Assembly (NCBI GenBank): GCA_963769025.1
Contig: CAVYKI010000003.1
Coordinates: 192,001 to 256,000 of the forward strand
From: an uncultured Verrucomicrobiae bacterium
GTDB lineage: Bacteria; Verrucomicrobiota; Verrucomicrobiia; Chthoniobacterales; Chthoniobacteraceae
Direction: 5' to 3'
DNA: 64,000 nucleotides
Shown here: positions 32,678-41,843 of the stretch, piece by piece
How the letters are laid out: every line of letters begins with the position of its first letter
Numbering within the stretch: the first letter of the stretch is position 1
The notes under the pieces: model-generated
Told to the model about the DNA's origin: nothing
Databases searched by the model: none
The model's input: only the letters and a program-made list of their open reading frames with translations
Position numbers and translations under genes: made by a program

Positions 32678-33451
32678 ATGGCGCGTTCCGATCTGCCCGG
32701 TGAGCCTCTCGAATGTCCGTATCCGCCCCGCATCGTCGCGGAGACGGACGACTTTCTCGTCGTGGACAAGCCGCCCTTCCTCCGCATCCACCCCAGCAAG
32801 CCCGACCAGACCGACACGCTCTGGAACGAACTCCGCGCACTGCTCGCCTACGAAATCGCGAACGGCGGACAGGTGAGCATCATCAACCGCCTCGACCGCG
32901 AGACGAGCGGGCTCGTCCTCGTGGCAAAGCATCGCGAGGCGGCGAAGAAATTCTCGCAGCTCATGGAAAGGCGCGGCATCGGCAAGGAATACCTGGCGCT
33001 CGCGTTTGGCTGGCCCGCGCAGGACGAATGGAGCGTGGATGCGCCGCTGCTGCGCCAGGGCGACATCCGCCCGTCTCCGATCTACCTGAAGCAAATGGTC
33101 CATCCCAGCGGCTCCGCGGCGCTCACGCGATTTCGAGTCGAGCGGCGCTTTGAAAAGGACGGCGCAAAGTTCGCACTCGTCCGCGCATTTCCTGAGACGG
33201 GACGGATGCACCAGATCCGCATTCACCTCGCGCACAGCGGGCACTCCGTCGTCGGCGACAAGATCTACGGCGCGGACGAGACGTGCTACCTCGATTTCAT
33301 CGAGACCGGCTGGACGCCCGCGCTCGCGTCGCGCCTGCTCCTTGCGCGCCACGCGCTGCATTCCTGCGCGCTCATCACGCAGGAACACGAATGGCGCACC
33401 CCTCTGTCGCCCGACCTCGCGGCGTGGTCAGACCTCCCACCGAAGGCGTAG
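32678..33451 (+). CDS. RluA family RNA pseudouridine synthase
   Basis: VVDKP, NRLDRETSG, KEYLA, TGRMHQIRIH, VGDKIYG, LHS. Confidence 0.93.
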   Translation: MARSDLPGEPLECPYPPRIVAETDDFLVVDKPPFLRIHPSKPDQTDTLWNELRALLAYEIANGGQVSIINRLDRETSGLVLVAKHREAAKKFSQLMERRGIGKEYLALAFGWPAQDEWSVDAPLLRQGDIRPSPIYLKQMVHPSGSAALTRFRVERRFEKDGAKFALVRAFPETGRMHQIRIHLAHSGHSVVGDKIYGADETCYLDFIETGWTPALASRLLLARHALHSCALITQEHEWRTPLSPDLAAWSDLPPKA

Positions 33452-33573
33452 CAAAAATTTTTGCGGAGGAACGCCGTGGATTTCCGATTCGCAGGGATCC
33501 GCTGTTGTATTTTCGGACACCAATGTCGTTTCCGACGACGTTCTTCCCAAGCCGCAAACGGATTCCGCGGCTT

Positions 33574-34944
33574 CTAGGCGGAACCGGCGACAGCCTCATT
33601 CCGCTTGAAATGCACCTCGAGCACGCGGCGTCCGTCGGCCTTTGTCACCGTCGCCTCGAAATCCTCGATGCGCGTCCTCTCGCCCGTCTTGGGCAGGTGG
33701 CCGATGAGCTGCGTGACGTAACCGCCGATGGTGCTCACCTCCGTGCTTTCGAGGTCGAGGCCGAGCATCTCGTTCAGCTCATGCAGGCTCAGCGTCGCCG
33801 CGACGACAAACTCGTCCTTGCTGACACGCCGCATCTCGGGCTTCTCCGCGTCGAACTCGTCCTGGATGTCGCCGACGAGTTCCTCGATCACGTTGTCGAG
33901 CGTGACGATGCCGGCGGTGCCGCCGAATTCATCCACGACCAGCGCGAGGTGCGCGTGCCGGGAGAGGAAAAAGGTGAGCAGCTTTTCCAGCGGCATCATC
34001 TCAGGGACGTTGTGCAGCTCGCGCTTGATGCTCGTGATGTCGGGCTTCGGCTCGCGCATGAGGCGCAGGAGATCCTTGATGTGGACGAGGCCGATCGTTT
34101 CGTCGAGATGCTCGCGGCAGAGCGGGAAACGCGTGTGCCGCGACTCCATCGCGCGCTTCAGGTTTTCCTCGAAGGTGTCCTCCGTGTTCAGGAAAACCAC
34201 CTCGCCGCGCGGCGTGGCGATGTCGCGGACGACGCGGTCGCGGAGGTCGAGGGCATTCATCAACAGGTCCTTGCCAATGGCGGAGACTTCGCGCGCATCC
34301 GCACTTTCCGCGAGGATGAGACGGAGTTCCTCCTCGCTGTGCGCCAGCTCGTGCTCGCTCGCGGGCTGGATCTTGAAGACGCTTTTCAACAGCCAGTTTG
34401 CGGTGCCGTTCAGGAAGGAAATCGCGGGCTTGAACAGCACGTAAAACCATCCGAGCGGCGCGGAAACCCACAGCGAAACCCCCACAGGCTTGCGGATCGC
34501 GAGGGACTTCGGCGCGAGTTCGCCGAGGACGATGTGCAGGAAGGTGATCGTCGAAAAGGCGAGGATGAAGCTCGTGCTGCGGATGACGGTCTCGCTCTCC
34601 ACGCCGAATCGGAAAAAGAAGGGGTGCAGCATGTGCGCGAGGTACGGCTCGCCCACCCAGCCGAGGCCGAGGCTGGAAAGGGTGATGCCGAGCTGTGTGG
34701 CGGAAAGGTAGGCGTCGAGCTGGCCCACGGCCTTGCGCGCGGTGCCTGCACGGCGGTTGCCCTCCTCTTCGAGCGCCTCGAGCTGGCTGGAGCGGACCTT
34801 CACGAGCGCGAATTCCGCCGCGACGAAGAAGCCGTTCAGCAGCACAAGCCCGAGGATGATGAGAATCTCGACGAGCATCCCGCCCAGCGAAGTCCACTCC
34901 CGCGCGAGATTGGCGGAGTCAGCGAGGATCGTGTGGAGCGTCAT
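33574..34944 (-). CDS. Hemolysin-family / CNNM (DUF21-CBS-CorC) metal transport protein
   Basis: NGFFVAAEFA, QLGITL, GELAPK, HTRFP, VVDEFGGTAGIVTLDNVIEELVGDIQDEFD. Confidence 0.93.
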   Translation of the reverse strand: MTLHTILADSANLAREWTSLGGMLVEILIILGLVLLNGFFVAAEFALVKVRSSQLEALEEEGNRRAGTARKAVGQLDAYLSATQLGITLSSLGLGWVGEPYLAHMLHPFFFRFGVESETVIRSTSFILAFSTITFLHIVLGELAPKSLAIRKPVGVSLWVSAPLGWFYVLFKPAISFLNGTANWLLKSVFKIQPASEHELAHSEEELRLILAESADAREVSAIGKDLLMNALDLRDRVVRDIATPRGEVVFLNTEDTFEENLKRAMESRHTRFPLCREHLDETIGLVHIKDLLRLMREPKPDITSIKRELHNVPEMMPLEKLLTFFLSRHAHLALVVDEFGGTAGIVTLDNVIEELVGDIQDEFDAEKPEMRRVSKDEFVVAATLSLHELNEMLGLDLESTEVSTIGGYVTQLIGHLPKTGERTRIEDFEATVTKADGRRVLEVHFKRNEAVAGSA

Positions 34945-34947
34945 GTT

Positions 34948-34988
34948 GAAAAAACAAACGAGCCGCGGACGTGGCGCCCGCGGCTCGT
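34948..34988 (-). terminator. Intrinsic terminator downstream of rpsN
   Basis: 11-bp perfect stem ACGAGCCGCGG / CCGCGGCTCGT (34958-34988) followed on the minus strand by TTGTTTTTT. Confidence 0.8.
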
Positions 34989-35010
34989 GAAAGTGTTCGG
35001 GATGGTGTTC

Positions 35011-35280
35011 CTACCAGCTCGACTTGGTCACGCCGGGGATGAGGCCGTTGGAGGCGAGTTCGCGGAATGCGATACGGGAAAGCTTGAACCGGCCCATGAA
35101 GGCGCGCTTGCGGCCCGTCGCGTTGCAGCGGCGGCTCAGGCGCACGGGGCTCGCGTTGCGCGGGAGCATCGAGAGGCCGATGTAATCGCCCTTCTTCTTG
35201 AGTTCAGCACGTTCCGCGGCGTACTTCGCCACACACTTGGATTTGCGTTTTTCGCGTTCGAGCCAGCAGGTTTTAGCCAT
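35011..35280 (-). CDS. rpsN: 30S ribosomal protein S14 (89-aa, zinc-independent form)
   Basis: MAK...LPRNASPVRL..RC..TGR...FRELA..GLIPGVTKSSW. Confidence 0.96.
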   Translation of the reverse strand: MAKTCWLEREKRKSKCVAKYAAERAELKKKGDYIGLSMLPRNASPVRLSRRCNATGRKRAFMGRFKLSRIAFRELASNGLIPGVTKSSW

Positions 35281-35346
35281 AGGAAAGTAATTTAGGAGCG
35301 CGGAAACTAGGAGCGCGGCCCCGGAAATCAAGCCCTAATTTTGCCC

Positions 35347-35811
35347 TTACATCATCCGGGCCGGGATCGAAAACTCCAGCCGTCCCCCGCCCTTTCGCAG
35401 CACCAGCACCTCGATGCAGGTGAGAGATGCCTTCCGGACGTTGATGCTCCCGCCGTCGGCGCCGAGCAGGTGCGCGATGAGCTTGCCGAGATCAGGCTCA
35501 TGTCCCACGAGCATGACCGCAGCCACCTTCTTCAGCCCGTCCAACTCCGCGAGGATCTCCTCCGGCCTCGCGCCGCACTCGAGCCACGATGCGGTCGTGA
35601 CCCCGACGTCGAGTTCCTTCGCCACCGGCTTCGCCGTCTGCTGCGCGCGGATGAGCGGGCTGGCGAAAATCACCTTCGGCTGAATCCCGTGCGCACTGCA
35701 GAACTGCGCGACCTTCCGCGCCTGCTCCACGCCCTTTTCCGAAAGCGTGCGCGCGGAATCGGTCGCCGCGTGGGTTTCGGCGTCGGCGTGGCGGAGGACG
35801 TAGAGCTGCAT
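35347..35811 (-). CDS. sixA: Phosphohistidine phosphatase SixA
   Basis: LYVLRHADA, SPLIRAQQTA, LVGHEPDL. Confidence 0.92.
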   Translation of the reverse strand: MQLYVLRHADAETHAATDSARTLSEKGVEQARKVAQFCSAHGIQPKVIFASPLIRAQQTAKPVAKELDVGVTTASWLECGARPEEILAELDGLKKVAAVMLVGHEPDLGKLIAHLLGADGGSINVRKASLTCIEVLVLRKGGGRLEFSIPARMM

Positions 35812-35818
35812 GCCGGGT

Positions 35819-36562
35819 TTACATCACGAGCCCGCCGTCCACCGTCAGCACCTGCCCGGTGATGTAGCCGGCCTCCGCGCTTGCGAGAAATGCGACCGCC
35901 GACGCGATGTCCTCGGGCTGCCCGAAACGCGCGAGCGGAATCTGCTTCACCACGCCGTCCTTGATCGCCTGCGTGAGCACCTCGGTCATGTCCGTGGTGA
36001 TGAATCCCGGGGCAACGGCGTTCGACGTCACGCCGCGGCTCGCGAGTTCGCGGGCGACGACCTTCGTGAATGCGATGAGCCCCGCCTTGCTCGCGGCGTA
36101 GTTCGCCTGCCCGGCATTTCCCATCAGCCCGGCGACGCTCGCGATGTTGATGATGCGCCCGCTGCGCTGCTTCATCATGCCGCGCACGACGCCCTGGTAG
36201 AAATTGAAAGCGCCCTTGAGGTTCGTCTCCATCACTGCGTCCCAATCCTCCGGCGACATGCGCATCGAGAGGCCGTCGCGCGTGATGCCCGCGTTGTTCA
36301 CGAGGATGTCCACGCGGGAAAAATCGGCCGCGATCTGCTCGCACAGCTTCTGCACCGCCGCGTGGTCGGCGGCGTCCACTGCGTAGCCCTTCGCGAGCCC
36401 GGCGTGCTTCGCGTTGATCTCTTCGGCGACGGTGAGCGCATTCGCCTCCGTGCGCGAGACGACCGCGACGCGCGCTCCTTCGCTCGCAAACTGGGTGGCG
36501 ATGGCCCGACCGATTCCGCGGCCTGCACCGGTGACGACTGCAACTTGGTTGGCAAATCTCAT
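35819..36562 (-). CDS. fabG: 3-oxoacyl-ACP reductase
   Basis: TGAGRGIG, NNAGITRD, GNAGQANYAASKAG, VAPGFITTDMT. Confidence 0.95.
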   Translation of the reverse strand: MRFANQVAVVTGAGRGIGRAIATQFASEGARVAVVSRTEANALTVAEEINAKHAGLAKGYAVDAADHAAVQKLCEQIAADFSRVDILVNNAGITRDGLSMRMSPEDWDAVMETNLKGAFNFYQGVVRGMMKQRSGRIINIASVAGLMGNAGQANYAASKAGLIAFTKVVARELASRGVTSNAVAPGFITTDMTEVLTQAIKDGVVKQIPLARFGQPEDIASAVAFLASAEAGYITGQVLTVDGGLVM

Positions 36563-36618
36563 GGGGCGGCGAGTCTCGAAAGCGCTCCCACTTTGTCCAG
36601 CGCGGAATCAGCGGGGTC

Positions 36619-36785
36619 ATCCGCAGATTGCTCAGATTTCCGCAGACGGAAAAATGAATCCGTCAAACGGCGGGGATGAAACCGCTGAAGGACACTCATG
36701 GGCTCTGATGTGGAAAGCGTTGCGGACGGCAGCCGATTCACCGGCCGGGCGAGTGCCCCAGTCAGTGCCTGCGGAATCTGCGGAT
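36619..36785. repeat. Short intergenic element bounded by 11-bp inverted repeats
   Basis: ATCCGCAGATT (36619-36629) ... AATCTGCGGAT (36775-36785), each end with internal CCGCAG/CTGCGG sub-repeats. Confidence 0.55.
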
Positions 36786-36794
36786 CCTCTCCGC

Positions 36795-37935
36795 CTATTC
36801 TTCCTCGTCGCTTGCGCCCTTCTGCCGGACCAGTCCGCGCAGTTTTCCCTCCATGAATTTCCCGATGTCGCCGTCCATCACCGCCTGGATGTTCGAAGTT
36901 TCCACGCCCGTGCGAAGATCGAGCACCTTTTGATATGGCTGGAAAACGTAGCTCCGGATCTGGCTGCCAAAGCTGATGTCCAGCTTCGCGCCGTAGGCGG
37001 CCTCGACCGCTGCGCGCTTCTTGTCCTGCTCCATCTGGTAGAGCTTGGATTTGATCATCTTCAGCGCCGTCGCCTTGTTCTGCGCCTGGCTGCGCTCGAC
37101 CTGGCACGCGGCGACGATGCCGGTCGGAATGTGCGTGATGCGCACCGCCGTCTCCACCTTGTTCACGTTCTGCCCGCCTTTTCCTCCCGCGCGATAGGTG
37201 TCCACGCGGATGTCCACCTCGTTCACTTCGATGGGTGCGTCCTCCTTCATCTCCGGCACCGCATCCACGCTCGCGAAACTCGTGTGCCGCCGCTTGTTCG
37301 AGTCAAACGGCGAAATGCGCACCAGCCGGTGCACGCCGCGCTCGCACGCGAGGTAGCCGAACGCGTACTCGCCCTCAATGCGCAGCGTCGCGCCCTTGAT
37401 GCCCGTCTCCTCGCCGAGCTGGATGTCCACCGTCGAGACCTTGAAGCCGCTGCGCTCCGCCCAGCGCGTGTACATGCGCATGAGCATGTCCGCCCAGTCG
37501 CACGACTCCGTGCCGCCGGCGCCGCTGTGGATGATGAGGAAGCAATTGGCCCGGTCTGCCGGTCCCGAGAGGAATTGCAGCAGCTCGAACTGCTCCAGCT
37601 CCGCGACCAGCGCCGCGTGATCCTTCGCGACATCCGCCGCCGCGGCCGTCTGCTGCGCCGGGTCCGTCTCGGCCTCGGTGAGTTCGATGAGCACCTCCAG
37701 ATCCTCCACCTTCCGCTCGAGCGCGAGCAGCGGCTCCACCTTTTTCTTCAGCCCCGAAACTTCCTCGATCGTGGCCTGCGCGCGCTCCTGGTTCCCCCAG
37801 AAATCCTGCCCCGCCATGAGCGCATCCAGCTCGCCGATGCGCGCCTGCAGTTTCGGGACGTCAAAGAAACCTCCGCAGCCCGGCCACGCGGGCCTTCAGT
37901 GCGGAGGAGTCGAAAAGAGAGGAGTCAAATGCCAT
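36795..37935 (-). CDS. prfB: Peptide chain release factor 2 with programmed +1 frameshift
   Basis: MAFDSS...LRRFL-stop, then +1 frame; GAGGTE, SPF, GGQ motifs. Confidence 0.96.
37860..37874 (-). promoter_or_regulatory. prfB autoregulatory frameshift cassette
   Basis: Minus strand GGAGG-TTT-CTT-TGA-C: internal Shine-Dalgarno plus the CTTTGAC shift site. Confidence 0.93.
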
Positions 37936-38117
37936 GGGAGCGCGGACGATACGCGCCGCTCCCAATGTGGCGAGGGAAAAGCTTTCGCGTCCATCGCCGG
38001 CGAGAGCGCAGATTTTGCAACCGTGCCCGACACCCGCGAAGGCGCGGCGGAGTGGCGCCACACGCACGGGAATCCCCTCCCCTTGCATTCCCGCACATGC
38101 CCGGGATACTCCCGCCC

Positions 38118-39443
38118 ATGCATTCCCCGGCACTGCGCGCCCTGATCACCGTTCGCGAATCCGCGATACCGGTCCTGCGCGCGTTAACGCTCGGCCTTGC
38201 GCTCCTCGCCTGCGCACTCCTGCCGCTGCGGGCGGACCCGCCACCGATTGCGGGCCTGCTCGATCCGAAGACGGCGGCGGAGGCATGGAATGTGATCCGG
38301 CTCGCGACGAAAAATATCGAGCGGCTCCTCGATGAAAACCGGCTGGCGGAAATCCCGGTGCAGGCGTCGTTTTGCAGCCCGGCGCTGCGCACGCTCGCAC
38401 GGGTGGTGACGGACGCCGCCGCCGCCGAGCACGTGGGCTTGCAGACGAAGCGCGCCCTCGGCTGGCTCGGTGCCATCGCGCGGGCTGCGGGTGAAAACAA
38501 TCCTGCGAGCACCAGGGAATCGCTCGGGAAGCTCCGCTTCCTGCTCGATGACATCGCGCGGTCGTTCGACCCGAAGGAGGTGGGCGCCGACATTTTTTTC
38601 TGCCCGATGCACTCCGACTTCCGCTCGGAAAATGCGAAGACGCCCTGTGCGAAATGCGGCATGGACCTTCTCACGCGGCGCATCCCGTACAGCTTCATCT
38701 ACACGAAGCCCGGCGAACCGTCGGTCCACATGACCTTGATCGCGAGCGGCCCGGTGGAGGCGGGCAAGCAGCTCACGGTGAAAGTCCGCATGGCGAAGGC
38801 GGACAAGTCGCCCGTCCTTCACGCCGATCTCCTGGAGATGCACACGCAGCCCATTCATCTGCTCATCGAGGAACCGGGGCTGGGCGATTACCACCACGAG
38901 CACCCCGTGCCGACGACGGTGTCCGGCGAGTACGAGTTCACTTTCACCCCGAAAAAATCCGCGCCCTACCGCATCTGGGCCGACATCGTGCCCGAGGCCA
39001 CGGGCGTGCAGGAATTGCCGTTCGCGGACCTGCCATCCACGGGCACCGCGGCGCCGGCTACTGACACGGCGAACCGGTTCACGTCATCGGCGGGCGGCTA
39101 TCAATTCACGCTGACCCTCGCCGGCGGAAATGACGAACCGGCCAAGGCGCAGCAGGCCCGCAACATGACCATCCACGTCGCCGATTCCGCCGGCAAACCC
39201 GTGACGCAACTCGAGCCGGTGATGAACGCATTCGCCCACCTCGTCGGGTTCTACGGCGACTACCAGGCGGTCGTCCACCTGCACCCGACCGGCGGCGATG
39301 TGCTGAACGGCTCCCTGCGCGGCGGACCCACGCTCGGCTTCATTTTCTTCCCGCCAAAGGCAGGCTTCATCCGCCTCTACTGCCAGGTGAGCATCGGCGG
39401 GGAGATGCTTTTCGCGCCGTTCAATGTGAACGTGGTGCCGTGA
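38118..39443 (+). CDS. Exported heavy-metal-binding-domain protein
   Basis: FFCPMH...CAKCGMDL heavy-metal-binding motif followed by two His-rich beta domains (MHTQPIHL...YHHEHP; AFAHLV...VHLHP). Confidence 0.8.
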   Translation: MHSPALRALITVRESAIPVLRALTLGLALLACALLPLRADPPPIAGLLDPKTAAEAWNVIRLATKNIERLLDENRLAEIPVQASFCSPALRTLARVVTDAAAAEHVGLQTKRALGWLGAIARAAGENNPASTRESLGKLRFLLDDIARSFDPKEVGADIFFCPMHSDFRSENAKTPCAKCGMDLLTRRIPYSFIYTKPGEPSVHMTLIASGPVEAGKQLTVKVRMAKADKSPVLHADLLEMHTQPIHLLIEEPGLGDYHHEHPVPTTVSGEYEFTFTPKKSAPYRIWADIVPEATGVQELPFADLPSTGTAAPATDTANRFTSSAGGYQFTLTLAGGNDEPAKAQQARNMTIHVADSAGKPVTQLEPVMNAFAHLVGFYGDYQAVVHLHPTGGDVLNGSLRGGPTLGFIFFPPKAGFIRLYCQVSIGGEMLFAPFNVNVVP

Positions 39444-39463
39444 TGCCGCGCGGCTCCGGGCGG

Positions 39464-40195
39464 TCAGTGCGTAATCACGTCGTCCTCGGTGTACATCTCC
39501 CGGTCCGGTCCGGCGGAGCGGATTTCCATGCTCGTGCGGGATAGCTGGTGGAAGAAATACGGCGTGCCCCACCGGTCCATGAGTTCGCCATTCGCGTTCA
39601 ATGCCTGGCCCTCGGGCGGCCCGAACGTCGCGCCCTTCGGATTGCCGCCCATCACTGCCTTCATGATCTCGGCATTGGTGCCGACAGGGTTTTCCCCCAA
39701 CCGCGTGCGGTAGTCGCGGAGCATCAGGGTCACCTTATCCGTTTCGATCGCCCCGGCCTTCCTGTCTTCATCCCCGGCGAGGGGATCGCCCGGGGACATG
39801 CGTGCCCGCTGGATGCCCGAGGCGACCGTCGCCGGTCGCTGCATTGGCACCCCGGCGGGAGCCGCCGTGGACCGTTGCCCCGAAGGCATCGCAGCCACGG
39901 TTCCTGTGCTCCGGGTTGGCCCAGCCTGCGCAGGCGGTGAAAGTGGCGACGACGGCACAGGGAGCGTGGCTGCGGGATTCTGGACGGCGAGCACTGGCGG
40001 GGATTTCGACCCGTCATTTTGCACGGCGGACGGCTCGCCGGGATTTACCACTCCCGCGCCCGCCACGGGCCGGGGTGCAGTCCCGCCGTCGTCGGGAACA
40101 CCCCGCCAGTCGCGGAAAAATGCCATCAGCGCGACGACCAAGGCGACCGTCGCGAGGAGCGCGCCGACCCGGAGCTTTATCGAGATGCTGCGCAC
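39464..40195 (-). CDS. Membrane-anchored protein with Pro-rich linker and GspG C-terminal-like domain
   Basis: N-terminal TM; C-terminal DRWGTPY...IRSAGPD...TEDDV resembles the GspG DPWG.PY...S.GPDG...DDI tail; GTG start 6 nt after the DUF1501 stop. Confidence 0.7.
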   Translation of the reverse strand: MRSISIKLRVGALLATVALVVALMAFFRDWRGVPDDGGTAPRPVAGAGVVNPGEPSAVQNDGSKSPPVLAVQNPAATLPVPSSPLSPPAQAGPTRSTGTVAAMPSGQRSTAAPAGVPMQRPATVASGIQRARMSPGDPLAGDEDRKAGAIETDKVTLMLRDYRTRLGENPVGTNAEIMKAVMGGNPKGATFGPPEGQALNANGELMDRWGTPYFFHQLSRTSMEIRSAGPDREMYTEDDVITH

Positions 40196-40201
40196 AACGG
40201 C

Positions 40202-41836
40202 CTACGCCATGAAGCCCAGGTACCCGCCTGCGTACGAGCCCGGGAACCGCGTGAGATTTGGGAAGACCGTCGTCATTTCCGTGCCGCTCAGGCCAAACCA
40301 CTTTGCAAGCGTGGCCGAGTATTGATCGACGGAGGTCGTGGGGATCCATCGCCCGGTGCTGGTGTCATCCGGGCCACCCACGGTGAGGGTCGGGAAGGTG
40401 CCGTACGTCTGCCGGCCATTGACGGCCCCACCCACGACAAGATGGTGGCTGCCCCAGCCATGGTCGCTCCCCAGGCCGTTGGCCGGGAAGGTGCGGCCGA
40501 AATCGCTGGCGGTGAAACAAGTGACGTTGTTCACGAAATTCGCCGAACCCTGCGCGACGCCGACCTGCTTGATGGCCTTCATGAACGAGCAGACGCACTG
40601 GCTGATCTCGGCCAGCAAATTGGCCTGGGAGCCGATGACGACCGCCGCGTCGTTGGTCGTCGTCTGGCCGGCGTTGGCCGTCTGCCCTGTGTGCGTGTCG
40701 TAGCCGCCCACGGTTACAAAAAAGATCTGCCGCTTCATCCCGATGCCGTTGCTCACGCCAGCCGCGCGGGAACTGCCTTCGATGATCTGGGCGACCATCT
40801 TGAGCTGCTGCATGAGGCCGGAGGTGAAAGTGGAGCCGCCATTGGGAGTCACCACCTGATGCGCGGTGCCCGTCTTGCTCCAGTTTGCGATGGTGGACCA
40901 GTACGTCGGGATCTGCGAGCTGGTGAGGGCCAGGCTCAGGCCCGCGCCGGTATCAATCGTCGCCTTCAATGCCTTGGCGTAGCTGCTCGTGTAGGGATTG
41001 GCGTGGGCGTTATTGATGCCGAGGATGTTGTTCAACGCTATCTGCCTCGCAGCCGTCGCAGACGTGGGGCTGTTGGGATTGGTGACCGAGACCACTCCGG
41101 TCGTTCCCACCGTATATTGCTGGGCAAAAGCGCCGATTTGGAACGTGTTCGCCCCTGCGATCGTGATGCAGGTCGAAAGCGCGTCCAGCGCGTCGTTCGG
41201 GACCGGCTGCTTGGGGTTTGCCGAATGCACGATGTCGGCGATCCGTCCGCCCCAGCCAGTCGCAGGCGGTTGATCGGGGATCGAAGTCTGCCACTGCGTC
41301 ACCTGATCGGCGTGGGAGAAAAGCTGCGGCGGTTTCGCGATCGAGTTCGCCAGGTACTGCGCCTTGGTCATGGGATAGACCAGCGTTCCGGAATTGAGGA
41401 TCGCGCCGACGTTGCCGATGTCGTCGAACCCGGGGGCCTTGTTAAACATCTGCTGCAACTCGAACATCGCCGGGTGCAACCCGTACTCGCGCCCCGCGCC
41501 GTCGATGTAATTGCCGCCGCCCGCCTTCGTGAGCTGCAGCGCCCTGGCGGTGCTGCCGTCGGCGTTCGGGATGGCCAGCACGGGCGTCCGAATGTTCGCG
41601 AAGCTCGCGTATTCCCCGGCGACGGTGGGGATGATCATGTTGTTGGAATCGTTGCCTCCGGCGAGAAAGATGCACACGAGCGCCTTGTAGCCCGTCGTGT
41701 CCGCGCCCATCGCCGAATTGATCAGGAACAGATCGCGGAAACAATTGTTCATCGCCGCCGTGCCGATGCTCGCGCAGGCCGCCTTGCGGATGAATGCGCG
41801 GCGGCTCATCGCCGCCAGGATGCTGTCGTTTTTCAT
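40202..41836 (-). CDS. DUF1501 domain protein, Tat-exported
   Basis: SRRAFI Tat motif, [55 protein letters not shown]. Confidence 0.92.
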   Translation of the reverse strand: MKNDSILAAMSRRAFIRKAACASIGTAAMNNCFRDLFLINSAMGADTTGYKALVCIFLAGGNDSNNMIIPTVAGEYASFANIRTPVLAIPNADGSTARALQLTKAGGGNYIDGAGREYGLHPAMFELQQMFNKAPGFDDIGNVGAILNSGTLVYPMTKAQYLANSIAKPPQLFSHADQVTQWQTSIPDQPPATGWGGRIADIVHSANPKQPVPNDALDALSTCITIAGANTFQIGAFAQQYTVGTTGVVSVTNPNSPTSATAARQIALNNILGINNAHANPYTSSYAKALKATIDTGAGLSLALTSSQIPTYWSTIANWSKTGTAHQVVTPNGGSTFTSGLMQQLKMVAQIIEGSSRAAGVSNGIGMKRQIFFVTVGGYDTHTGQTANAGQTTTNDAAVVIGSQANLLAEISQCVCSFMKAIKQVGVAQGSANFVNNVTCFTASDFGRTFPANGLGSDHGWGSHHLVVGGAVNGRQTYGTFPTLTVGGPDDTSTGRWIPTTSVDQYSATLAKWFGLSGTEMTTVFPNLTRFPGSYAGGYLGFMA

Positions 41837-41843
41837 GGGAGGA

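Noticed and set aside
33283..35295. 670-aa plus-strand ORF and similar long ORFs (6214..8055, 8680..10056, 40019..41875, 45817..47511)
   Set aside because: Antisense shadows of well-supported genes in high-GC DNA.
36414..39443. 1009-aa ORF as a single protein
   Set aside because: The first ~570 aa are mostly antisense to fabG and prfB; only the part from 38118 is a real gene.
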